This document shows, in pieces, positions 29,755 to 41,719 of a stretch of DNA of 64,000 nucleotides. Position 1 is the first letter of the stretch, and every line of letters starts with the position of its first letter. Source of the stretch: Eledone cirrhosa (lineage: Eukaryota). The stretch is taken from the NCBI GenBank assembly GCA_964016885.1, contig OZ024749.1, positions 25,234,001 through 25,298,000 on the forward strand, written 5' to 3'. A program made the translations under genes and the position numbers. The notes under the pieces are model-generated. The model was not told the DNA's origin. It did no database searches and saw nothing but the letters and a program-made list of their open reading frames with translations.

Positions 29755-30488
29755 GGATGATTATGATGATAATAATTTCTTTTAAATGTAACAATAACAA
29801 CAGCAACAACGAAATTTTAATAACAACAACAATTGCAATAATATTATTAAAATTAAAAAATGACCTTCTCTAGCGTATGAAATCCAATTTCTGGCAAATA
29901 TGACATGATGAAAAAAAAAAAGAATTTCTAGAATTATATAAAATGTGAAAAGCATACTAATTTAAAAATGTGTAAAACATTAAAATGAACAAATATATCT
30001 GAATAGAAATAATGTAAACCCTTAAAAAATGTTGACACATTTAAACAAAAAAAAATGTATATTAATATTATTTAAAAGGAAGAAAAACACAATAGATAAG
30101 TGAATTACAAAAATATAAATAATAGGAATATTTAAAAATGGGACTTAAGGAGAAAAAACAATATCATCGTTTTAACATGCTACATCACCACCTCAATACA
30201 TAACGAAATAGAATGAAATAAATTAATAGAGCTCCTAAAATTTCAACTAGAATTTTCTAATTCTTGAAAAAATTCGAAGGAATGTTTCAATGCGAAAAAT
30301 TTAATCTATTCTTTAAGATAACCAGTGATTCCATTATTCCATTATGGTAATTAATATTTTCATCTTATTTATTTGTTTATATGATTAGTTTGGATTCATT
30401 TCTTTATTTCTATGTTTGATTTTCGATTTGAAAGCGAATTGTTGCCATCTGAATATTTCAGATTAATATTACCGTAAATAATATATAG

Positions 30489-30573
<85 letters not shown>
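30489..30573. repeat. (TG)n microsatellite
   Basis: Perfect run. Confidence 0.97.
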
Positions 30574-30578
<5 letters not shown>

Positions 30579-30899
30579 GTGGGTGTGTGTATGTCTGTGT
30601 GGGGTGGTGGGGGTGATGTGTATGAATATATCGGCGTGTGCATGTGTACGTATATCTACATATATACATATATACATACAGACATACGTATATATATATG
30701 TAAATATTTGTAAATATATAAATACACAAATATATTTATTATTTTCTGAGTCAATAATAGATCAGAGATAATTGTAATACACTAGGGATTCAGGTTAAAA
30801 TAGCATCCACAATGGATTCTGAAATCTCATATATATACATACACGAGAGAGACGCGAGAACCTTGAAGGTATCGATTGAATGTCTAAATGTCTAAAAGT

Positions 30900-31180
30900 C
30901 TAGAGCCTGCTTCGTGTACCCAGGCTCAGTAGGCTGGTGCGTATCCTGGTTTCCCTGGTTTTAAGCGACTGAAGGCCCAAAAGACCTGCTGGAAAGGACG
31001 CCAGTCTATCTCAAGCTTGGACCCCAGCTGTAACAGGTAATCATTTTTAACTAGATTTAATGGAGCAACTTGAAGTAAAATGTTCTGCCCAAGAACATAA
31101 TTAACAAACCAGTCAGTCTAGAAATCAGACCACGATATTATGATAGCAATTCCAACAATCTTACCACTAGGTCACGTGTT
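30900..31180 (-). mobile_element. Old SINE, second family (homologue of 15570-15855)
   Basis: ggctggtgcgtatcctggtttcc...gcgactga...tggagcaac...gcccaagaaca...ttaccactaggtcacgtg. Confidence 0.6.
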
Positions 31181-31529
31181 TTCCCTCAATATACGCGCGA
31201 TGTATTGGGGGATGAGACTTTAAGCCATCGTTTCACCTGCTAAATGTATTAACAATATCTCCTTCACACGACACATTATATACTTAACAGAAGACGCATT
31301 TGATTTTGTCCAATATCGGGCATTATTCGTGAAAATCCTTTGGGGTGTTGAAGGTTAAAATGTATATAAGCATTGATCTATGTGGCCGTAAAATAGCATC
31401 CAGCGTTTCCAACAACACCAGAAGTACACAACATATACACGACATACATACTATTATCTCTTTTATATACTATACACACAGACACACTCATGTTCATGTA
31501 TATAATTATAAGTGTGCGTGTGTATGTAT

Positions 31530-31587
<58 letters not shown>

Positions 31588-31589
<2 letters not shown>

Positions 31590-31700
31590 TCTTATACTTG
31601 GGGAGGGTCATATTGTTGTAATAATATTGCAGAAATAATCACAGAACACACACAGTTTGTTTGGTTTTGGCTTCTGTATCTTTTATATCCTCATAGTTAA
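31588..31700 (-). mobile_element. Terminal fragment of the PLE family at 32583-33762
   Basis: Homologous to 32585-32700. Confidence 0.8.
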
Positions 31701-31894
31701 TGTATTTATAAATATATACATACATATACATATATATATATATATGTGCAAATGCTAACAATATTGCAATCGCTTGTCAGATTACAGAAAAATGGTGCAC
31801 GTTTATATTTCTGCCAGCCACGCAAACTGTAACAGATCCTGAACAAGCAATGTCTGTGCTTTGAAGGTTTATATATATATATACATATATATAT

Positions 31895-31959
<65 letters not shown>

Positions 31960-31964
<5 letters not shown>

Positions 31965-32504
31965 AGTATGTATATATACGTACATACATATATGTATACA
32001 GACGTACAGTAGCATGTATACATATATATATATATATATACATACATGCAGGTACACATACATATATGCACGCATCAGTTTAGCAGACGCTTATTATAGC
32101 GCCGCTTTGTTCGTTTGTCAACAAACTGAACAGACTGAATTTATGCCATACGGTGTTAAGGGTAAACGGTGCTGATGATAGCTAACAAGCTTGAAACTAG
32201 TACATCGTTCCTGTGTCAGTGTTGAACAAAAAGGTGACGTGGTTGCCTTAACACCGTATGGCATAAATTCAGGCTGTTCAGTTTGTTGACAAACGAACAA
32301 AGCGGCGCTATAATAAGCGTCTGCTAAACTGATGCGTGCATATATGTATGTGTACCTGCATGTATGTATATATATATATATAGACATGCTACTGTACGTC
32401 TGTATACATATATGTATGTACGTATACATACATACTTACATTTAAGTAAGTGCCATACTAAGAGTGAGAAATGAAATTTCGTTTTTCGTTTTCATTTTTT
32501 TCAA

Positions 32505-32507
<3 letters not shown>
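31960..32507 (+). mobile_element. (TA)n-flanked inverted-arm element with central hammerhead and ~65 bp tail
   Basis: Arms 31960-32161 / 32247-32441, near-perfect; tail 32442-32507. Confidence 0.85.
32165..32209 (+). ncRNA. Minimal type I hammerhead ribozyme
   Basis: aacggtg-CTGATGA-t agct aaca agct t-GAAA-ctag-TA-catcgtt; 7 bp stem I, palindromic ACTAGT. Confidence 0.85.
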
Positions 32508-32551
<44 letters not shown>

Positions 32552-32582
32552 ATATATATAAAATATATATATATATATATAT

Positions 32583-33884
<1,302 letters not shown>

Positions 33885-34254
33885 TGTGTGTGTGCACACA
33901 TATATATGTGTGTATATCTATATGTATATATATATATATATGATGATGATGTTTTTCTTCAAATGTAACTGTTCTAGTCTTGTAGAAGCTATGCATTGAG
34001 TGCCTTCCTTACTATGTTATCATCGATTGAACCAGGGAAGCACACACACACACATTATAATAATAATAATAAGAAGAAGAAGAAGAAGAAGAAGAAGACG
34101 CACGAGGTGACGGAGGTCATGAAATCGCTCCCGTAAGTTTTGAATTTTTAACATATTTAAATCATTTGTGAAATAACAACTCTTAGTACAAATGCTACGT
34201 AAAGCACCCGGCTTGAGCCCCAAAAAAATTCGGACCCAAAATATATTGTTATAA

Positions 34255-34901
34255 GGCTCAAATATTCAAATATTCAACTTTGTATTGTACACTGTATATC
34301 CAAAAAAAAATGGCTATAAATGGAAGAAGAAGAACCCCCCCCCCCCCTCCTCTCCTCTGGCTACACTATATAGGACAGCTAAACTCACCAACACCAGAAA
34401 CTAGATACACCACCCACCCCATCATCTGTGTACACTAAACACAACAGCATTTTCACCTTCACCGCCACCGCTCACTACGGCCATCATTACCACCACTATC
34501 CCATCACCACCGCCACCACCCCTTGACTCCTTCACTGCTGCTGCCACCGCTACAGCACCATCACTACAGTGATACGGCTCAAATATTCAAATATTCAACT
34601 TTGTATTGTACACTGTATATCAAAAAAAAAAAAATAAAATGGCTATAAATGGAAGAAGAAGAACCCCCCCCCCTCCTCTCCTCTGGCTACACTATATAGG
34701 ACAGCGAAACTCACCAACACCAGAAACTAGATACACCACCCACCCCATCATCTGTGTACACTAAACACAACAGCATTTTCACCTTCACCGCCACCGCTCA
34801 CTACGGCCATCATTACCACCACTATCCCATCACCGCCGCCACCACCCCCTGACTCCTTCACTGCTGCTGCCACCGCTACAGCACCATCACTACAGTAATA
34901 C
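34255..34901 (+). repeat. 321 bp tandem duplication inside the 5' leader of copy 1
   Basis: ggctcaaatattcaaatattc at 34255 and 34576; single copy in copy 3 (41871ff). Confidence 0.92.
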
Positions 34902-35472
34902 GGTCGCATCACCGTCACCACTGCCTCGGTATCGACATCACCACCACCACTGTCTCAGTATCGCCAACGCCGCCAGTCTCTGCTGGCTACCACTTCCATA
35001 TTATAGAATTCCTACTACTAACAAAGAGGAAGGCATCAAAATATATAGATAGACTCAAAAGAAAAAAGAAAAAACAAACAACAAAAGCAGCACAGCAACA
35101 ACAGTAAGAAACGAGAAAAACAGAGAAAAACAAAAACAAAAAAAGAAACCCCAAAAACGTAAAGAAAATAAGAATGAAGAGAGAAGCAGGCGGACGGACA
35201 GAGAAGAGGGGGGAAAAAGTAAAACTTAAAAAACAAAAACTAAGTCAGACATTCGAATACTACATTACAATGAAACTTATGCTTATTCATTTTTGGGGCC
35301 CTTTCTGCCCGTGTGTTTGTTTGTTTATGTGTGTCCGTATACAGCGTGGTGATAATGCCACACAAGGGCCAAGTGGGATGGCGGATCCACAGATGGCTAT
35401 GTAAACATACATTCGCCAATCCTCGATAAGAGTGTTTAAATATCGAACATAAACAGTTCGAATAACGGTGAA

Positions 35473-38400
35473 ATGGAGACTAGAACGTCATGTGACAGAC
35501 TCTCACCCAACAGGTGCCCCTGGCTCAGCAGCAGGAACCTGACTGTCAACCAAATACTGCTGATGTTGGAGGAAGAAGAAGAAGGAAAGGGGCCAGACCC
35601 CAACTGGACGAAAGAATTGAATAGAACAGTTATGCAATGCTACCTGAAAAGTAACCCCAAGGAGAGGGGCTACAGGAGACGGATGCATAACATCTGGAAC
35701 GAGATTGGTTTATTTAAATTAGATGAACAAAAATTGGACGGGCAGGCTCGGGTAATAAGAACTAATGGGTGGATAAGCGAGCTGGAACTGGAGGAACTGA
35801 GCAGAGAGAATGGCTTGGAGATGGCGGGTGTAGTATGCCAGACAAGCGAGCCGGCGGGAAATGAAGGTGAGGAGGTCCTGAGAACGGAGGAACCACCCGA
35901 AGCAGACAATGATCTGAATACTGAGATAAATAATACCTGGAACAGAGATACGGCCACTGAGGAGATGAATGCTGACGGGCTAGGACAAGATTCGGTTGAC
36001 ATCCTAAATTTAGTGGTAGATGAGTTGAACAATGATAGTGGGAGACCTATGAACCTAAGATTTGTAGACAGGAAAAAGTTAAAAGAAACAACAGCTAAGG
36101 TAAACAAAGTCATCCCATACCTTGAGGCGAGGAGTCTTCACCAGTGCAACAATATCCTCAAAGCAACAGCAAATACGGTGAGGAAACTACTTGGTATAAA
36201 AGCGAGAGGAAACAAGGGACAAGAAAGAGCAGAGCCGTGGTGGAAGAAGCGACTGAGTGGGCAAATCGGGGAAAAGAGAAATGACATAGGAAAGCTTGAG
36301 TCACTACTGAATGGGATACTAAAAAACATAGGCACTAAAAATAGACTGGAAATAAAATACAAAACTAGGAGTAAAAAGCTAAATATTATCATAGAGGAAT
36401 TGAAGCAACGCATTGTAGCAAAGAGTGCCAAAATCAGGCGATACGAGAACAGAGTCAGTCAGTATAAACAGAACCGCATGTTCGACAACAACCAGAAGAT
36501 GCTGTTTGGACAGCTTGAGGGGAAAGAAAGAGGCAACGACTTGATCCCTGGGGCGGAACAAGCTAAAACATTCTGGAGAGGAATATGGGAGCAGGATGTT
36601 AGACACAATGCCCAGGCAGGGTGGATTGAGACAGTACAGAGGGAGATCGGTGAGCAGGCACAGCAACAGACTGATTTGAGTATCACAGTTGAAACTCTTA
36701 AGGGGCAAGCCAAAAAACTAACCAACTGGAAATCACCAGGCCCAGATGGTGTGCAGGGGTATTGGATTAAACATTTAACATCCCTCCACCCGAAGCTGAC
36801 GGCCATGTTCAATGACTGCTTGGTGTCGGGTGAGGTGCCAGAGTGGTTGACAAAAGGTACCACAGTTCTGATAATGAAAGACCGAATCAAGGGTAATGAT
36901 GTTACCAACTATAGACCTATCACATGTCTGCCCGTAATGTGGAAACTGTTGACGAGCATTGTGTCTGAGGAAATCTACCATCACCTCCACAAAAACAACT
37001 TGTTGCCGGACGAACAGAAAGGATGCCGAAAGAAGTCACGTGGTACAAAGGACCAGTTGCTTATTGATAAGATGGTAATGGGGAATTGCAGGAGGAGACA
37101 CACTGATCTTGCCATGGGATGGATAGACTACAGAAAGGCATTTGACATGGTGCCTCATTCCTGGATCACCAAAAGCCTGGAGATCTTCAGGGTGGCAGAT
37201 AACATCAGACAGTTGCTGGGCAGGAGTATGGGGTCCTGGGAGACAGAGTTGACATCAACTGGAGTATCCTTGGGAAGCGTGAAGATCAAGAGAGGTATCT
37301 TCCAGGGAGATAGCCTGTCCCCTCTGTTGTTTGTCCTTGCCCTGATGCCCTTGACCATTATGCTGCGAAAAGTGAGAGCAGGATACAAGTTGGGAAGGGG
37401 AGAGCTTACCATCAATCACCTCCTCTTCATGGACGATCTTAAGCTCTTCGGGAAAAGTGAGAAGGAGTTGGATGTGCTTGTTGACACTGTCCGTATTTTC
37501 AGCAGTGATATATGTATGCAGTTTGGTATTGGTAAATGTGGAGTCATCGTGATGAGGAGGGGTAGGTTGAGCAGAAGTAACGGGATCCAGATACCAACAG
37601 GTGAGATGATAAAGGAAATTGACTCTGAGGAAGGATACAAGTATTTGGGCGTTCTGGAGGCTGATGGCATAAAGAACAAAAAAATGAAGGAATTGTTAAG
37701 AACTGAATACATTCGGAGAGTAAGGAGCGTATTGAAGTCACATCTGAACAGCAGAAATGCCATAAGCGCAGTAAATTCCCGAGCTGTGTCTATTATTAGG
37801 TACAGTGCGGGAATTCTGAGATGGAATGTTGCTGAACAAAAAGAAATGGATAGGAAGACTAGGAAGCTATTGACTATCTACAACATGTTCCACAAGAGGA
37901 GTGATGTCGATAGACTCTACCTAAGGAGATCTGAGGGTGGAAGAGGTCTTATCAGCATAGAGGACTGTGTTCAGATGGAGAAAAACAACCTATACAAATA
38001 CGTGACCTATAGTAAGGAGCCAATGCTCAGAGCTGTACTGAAGGAGGGGACAGTAGGCCAGGGGATACCCAAGGAGGAAATAACATCAAGGAGGAAGAGC
38101 AGCCTTAAGGGAAAATCCCTTCATAGTACCTTCTTTGAGAAAACTGAATTTAGAGATCCACAGACATGGAACTGGTTGAGAAGAGGAGACCTCAAAAAGG
38201 CTACAGAAGGAATGCTAATGGCTGCGCAGGAGCAGGCCCTCAAAACGAAGTGGTTGAAGCACCATATCTACAAGGAGGAGGCTAGCCCACTGTGCAGGAT
38301 CTGTGGAGAGAGAGAGCAGACTGTGGCTCACATTGTGTCCGAGTGTAAACACCTAGCCCAGACCCACTATAAGGGCTGGAGACACGATGTGATGGGCAGG

Positions 38401-38865
38401 GTGATCCACTGGCACCTGTGCAAAGTAAACAATCTACCACATTCTGAGAAATGGTATGAGCATAGGCCAGAGGCGGTGATGGAGAACAGTCAGGTGAAGG
38501 TGCTGTGGGATTTTAGGATACAGACGGACAAAAAACTGGAACACAATAGACCTGATCTGGTGGTTGTTGACAAAGAAAAAAGATCGTGCCTGATTGTGGA
38601 TGTGGCCTGCCCGTTCGACACGAGAGTGCAAGAGAAGGAGAGGGAGAAAATTAACCGATACCAGGACCTAAAGTGGGAGGTGAAAAGGATTTGGAACTGC
38701 CATGAAGTCAAAGTGATCCCGATTGTCATAGGCGCACTGGGGACTATCTCCAAAGGTTTCCAGGGATGGTTAAAGAAAATCGGCCCCTTCACGCTTTTTG
38801 GAACGCTTCAAAAGGCATGCTTGCTTGGAACGGCAAGAACCCTCCGATACGTCCTGAATATCTGA
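35473..38865 (+). CDS. Reverse transcriptase + CCHC zinc knuckle + restriction-like endonuclease (1130 aa)
   Basis: KSPGPDG, NYRPITCL, DYRKAFD, GIFQGDSLSP, LFMDD, YKYLG; CRICGEREQTVAHIVSEC; RPD..IVDVACP..EKINRY; no APE domain. Confidence 0.93.
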   Translation: METRTSCDRLSPNRCPWLSSRNLTVNQILLMLEEEEEGKGPDPNWTKELNRTVMQCYLKSNPKERGYRRRMHNIWNEIGLFKLDEQKLDGQARVIRTNGWISELELEELSRENGLEMAGVVCQTSEPAGNEGEEVLRTEEPPEADNDLNTEINNTWNRDTATEEMNADGLGQDSVDILNLVVDELNNDSGRPMNLRFVDRKKLKETTAKVNKVIPYLEARSLHQCNNILKATANTVRKLLGIKARGNKGQERAEPWWKKRLSGQIGEKRNDIGKLESLLNGILKNIGTKNRLEIKYKTRSKKLNIIIEELKQRIVAKSAKIRRYENRVSQYKQNRMFDNNQKMLFGQLEGKERGNDLIPGAEQAKTFWRGIWEQDVRHNAQAGWIETVQREIGEQAQQQTDLSITVETLKGQAKKLTNWKSPGPDGVQGYWIKHLTSLHPKLTAMFNDCLVSGEVPEWLTKGTTVLIMKDRIKGNDVTNYRPITCLPVMWKLLTSIVSEEIYHHLHKNNLLPDEQKGCRKKSRGTKDQLLIDKMVMGNCRRRHTDLAMGWIDYRKAFDMVPHSWITKSLEIFRVADNIRQLLGRSMGSWETELTSTGVSLGSVKIKRGIFQGDSLSPLLFVLALMPLTIMLRKVRAGYKLGRGELTINHLLFMDDLKLFGKSEKELDVLVDTVRIFSSDICMQFGIGKCGVIVMRRGRLSRSNGIQIPTGEMIKEIDSEEGYKYLGVLEADGIKNKKMKELLRTEYIRRVRSVLKSHLNSRNAISAVNSRAVSIIRYSAGILRWNVAEQKEMDRKTRKLLTIYNMFHKRSDVDRLYLRRSEGGRGLISIEDCVQMEKNNLYKYVTYSKEPMLRAVLKEGTVGQGIPKEEITSRRKSSLKGKSLHSTFFEKTEFRDPQTWNWLRRGDLKKATEGMLMAAQEQALKTKWLKHHIYKEEASPLCRICGEREQTVAHIVSECKHLAQTHYKGWRHDVMGRVIHWHLCKVNNLPHSEKWYEHRPEAVMENSQVKVLWDFRIQTDKKLEHNRPDLVVVDKEKRSCLIVDVACPFDTRVQEKEREKINRYQDLKWEVKRIWNCHEVKVIPIVIGALGTISKGFQGWLKKIGPFTLFGTLQKACLLGTARTLRYVLNI

Positions 38866-38980
38866 GGCTGCAGGTAGTGGCTTGATATTCAATCCAACGG
38901 ACTTTCCAGTTAACCAACATCAATGACTGAGATTCAAGGAATAACAATAACAATAATAATAATAATAATAATAATAATAA

Positions 38981-41719
38981 GAGCCGTGGTGGAAGAAGCG
39001 ACTGAGTGGGCAAATCGGGGAAATGAGGAATGACATAGGAAAGCTTGAGTCACTACTGAATGGGACACTAAAAAACATAGGCACTAAAAATAGACTGGAA
39101 ATAAAATACAAAACTAGGAGTAAAAAGCTAAATATTATCATAGAGGAATTGAAGCAACGCATTGTAGCAAAGAGTGCAAAAATCAGGCGATACGAGAACA
39201 GAGTCAGTCAGTATAAACAGAACCGCATGTTCGACAACAACCAGAAGATGCTGTTTGGACAGCTTGAGGGGAAAGAAAGAGGCAACGACTTGATCCCTGG
39301 GGCGGAACAAACTAAAACATTCTGGAGAGGAATATGGGAGCAGGATGTTAGACACAATGCCCAGGCAGGGTGGATTGAGACAGTACAGAGGGAGATCGGT
39401 GAGCAGGCACACCAACAAACTGATTTGAGTATCACAGTTGAAACTCTTAAGGGGCAAGCCAAAAAACTAACCAACTGGAAATCACCAGGCCCAGATGGTG
39501 TGCAGGGGTATTGGATTAAACATTTAACATCCCTCCACCCGAAGCTGACGGCCATGTTCAATGACTGCTTGGTGTCGGGTGAGGTGCCAGAGTGGTTGAC
39601 AAAAGGTACCACAGTTCTGATAATGAAAGACCGAATCAAGGGTAATGATGTTACCAACTATAGACCTATCACATGTCTGTCCGTAATGTGGAAACTGTTG
39701 ACGAGCATTGTGTCTGAGGAAATCTACCATCACCTCCACACAAAGAACTTGTTACCGGACGAACAGAAAGGATGCCGAAAGAAGTCACGTGGTACAAAGG
39801 ACCAGTTACTTATTGATAAGATGGTAATGGGGAATTGCAGGAGGAGACACACTGATCTTGCCATGGGATGGATAGACTACAGAAAGGCATTTGACATGGT
39901 GCCTCATTCCTGGATCACCAAAAGCCTGGAGATCTTCAGGGTGGCAGATAACATCAGACAGTTGCTAGGCAGGAGTATGGGGTCCTGGGAGACAGAGTTG
40001 ACATCAACTGGAGTATCCTTGGGAAGCGTGAAGATCAAGAGAGGTATCTTCCAGGGAGATAGCCTGTCCCCTCTGTTGTTTGTCCTTGCCCTGATGCCCT
40101 TGACCATTATGCTGCGAAAAGTGAGAGCAGGATACAAGTTGGGAAGGGGAGAGCTTACCATCAATCACCTCCTCTTCATGGACGATCTTAAGCTCTTCGG
40201 GAAAAGTGAGAAGGAGTTGGATGTGCTTGTTGACACTGTCCGTATTTTCAGCAGTGATATATGTATGCAGTTTGGTATTGGTAAATGTGGAGTCATTGTG
40301 ATGAAGAGGGGCAGGTTGAGCAGAAGTAACGGGATCCAGATACCAACAGGTGAGATGATAAAGGAAATTGACTCTGAGGAAGGATACAAGAATTTGGGCG
40401 TTCTGGAGGCTGATGGCATAAAGAACAAAAAAATGAAGGAATTGTTAAGAACTGAATACATTCGGAGAGTAAGGAGCGTATTGAAGTCACATCTGAACAG
40501 CAGAAATGCCATAAGCGCAGTAAATTCCCGAGCTGTGTCTATTATTAGGTACAGTGCGGGAATTCTGAGATGGAATGTTGCTGAACAAAAAGAAATGGAT
40601 AGGAAGACTAGGAAGCTATTGACTATCTACAACATGTTCCACAAGAGGAGTGATGTCGATAGACTCTACCTAAGGAGATCTGAGGGTGGTAGAGGTCTTA
40701 TCAGCATAGAGGACTGTGTTCAGATGGAGAAAAACAACCTATACAAATACGTGACCTATAGTAAGGAGCCAATGCTCAGAACTGTACTGAAGGAGGGGAC
40801 AGTAGGCCAGGGGATGTCCAAGGAGGAAATAACATCAAGGAGGAAGAGCAGCCTTAAGGGAAAATCCCTTCATAGTACCTTCTTTGAGAAAACTGAATTT
40901 AGAGATCCACAGACATGGAACTGGTTGAGAAGAGGAGACCTCAAAAAGGCTACAGAAGGAATGCTAATGGCTGCGCAGGAGCAGGCCCTCAAAACGAAGT
41001 GGTTGAAGCACCATATCTACAAGGAGGAGGCTAGCCCACTGTGCAGGATCTGTGGAGAGAGAGAGGAGACTGTGGCTCACATTGTGTCCGAGTGTAAACA
41101 CCTAGCCCAGACCCACTATAAGGGCTGGAGACACGATGTGATGGGCAGGGTGATCCACTGGCACCTGTGCAAAGTAAACAATTTACCACATTCTGAGAAA
41201 TGGTATGAGCATAGGCCAGAGGCGGTGATGGAGAACAATCAGGTGAAGGTGCTGTGGGATTTTAGGATACAGACGGACAAAAAACTGGAACACAATAGAC
41301 CTGACCTGGTGGTTGTGGACAAAGAAAAAGATCGTGCCTGATTGTGGATGTGGCCTGCCCGTTCGACACGAGAGTGCAAGAGAAGGAGAGGGAGAAAATT
41401 AACCGATACCAGGACCTAAAGTGGGAGGTGAAAAGGATTTGGAACTGCCATGAAGTCAAAGTGATCCCGATTGTCATAGGCGCACTGGGGACTATCTCCA
41501 AAAGTTTCCAGGGATGGTTAAAGAAAATCGGCCCCTTCACGCTTTTTGGAACGCTTCAAAAGGCATGCTTGCTTGGAACAGCAAGAACCCTCCGATACGT
41601 CCTGAATATCTGAGGATGCAGGTAGTGGCTTGATATTCAATCCAACGGACTTTCCAGTTAACCAACATCAATGACTGAGATTCAAGGAATAACAATAACA
41701 ATAATAATAATAATAATAA
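38981..41719 (+). mobile_element. R4/Dong family A copy 2, 5'-truncated, frameshift at ~41329
   Basis: Starts at gagccgtggtgg (= 36232 of copy 1); ORFs 39023-41341 and 41344-41613; YKYLG>YKNLG; (TAA)n tail. Confidence 0.92.

Larger units (their letters stand above)
34099..38980 (+). mobile_element. R4/Dong-type RLE non-LTR retrotransposon, family A copy 1 (apparently full length)
   Basis: 5' end shared with copy 3 (gaggtgRcggaggtcatgaaatcgc); single ORF; ~75 bp 3' UTR; (TAA)n on both sides. Confidence 0.9.

Noticed and set aside
35410-35472. HDV-like ribozyme around TCCTCG upstream of the Dong ORF
   Set aside because: P3 and P1 cannot be formed and copy 3 has TCTTCG.
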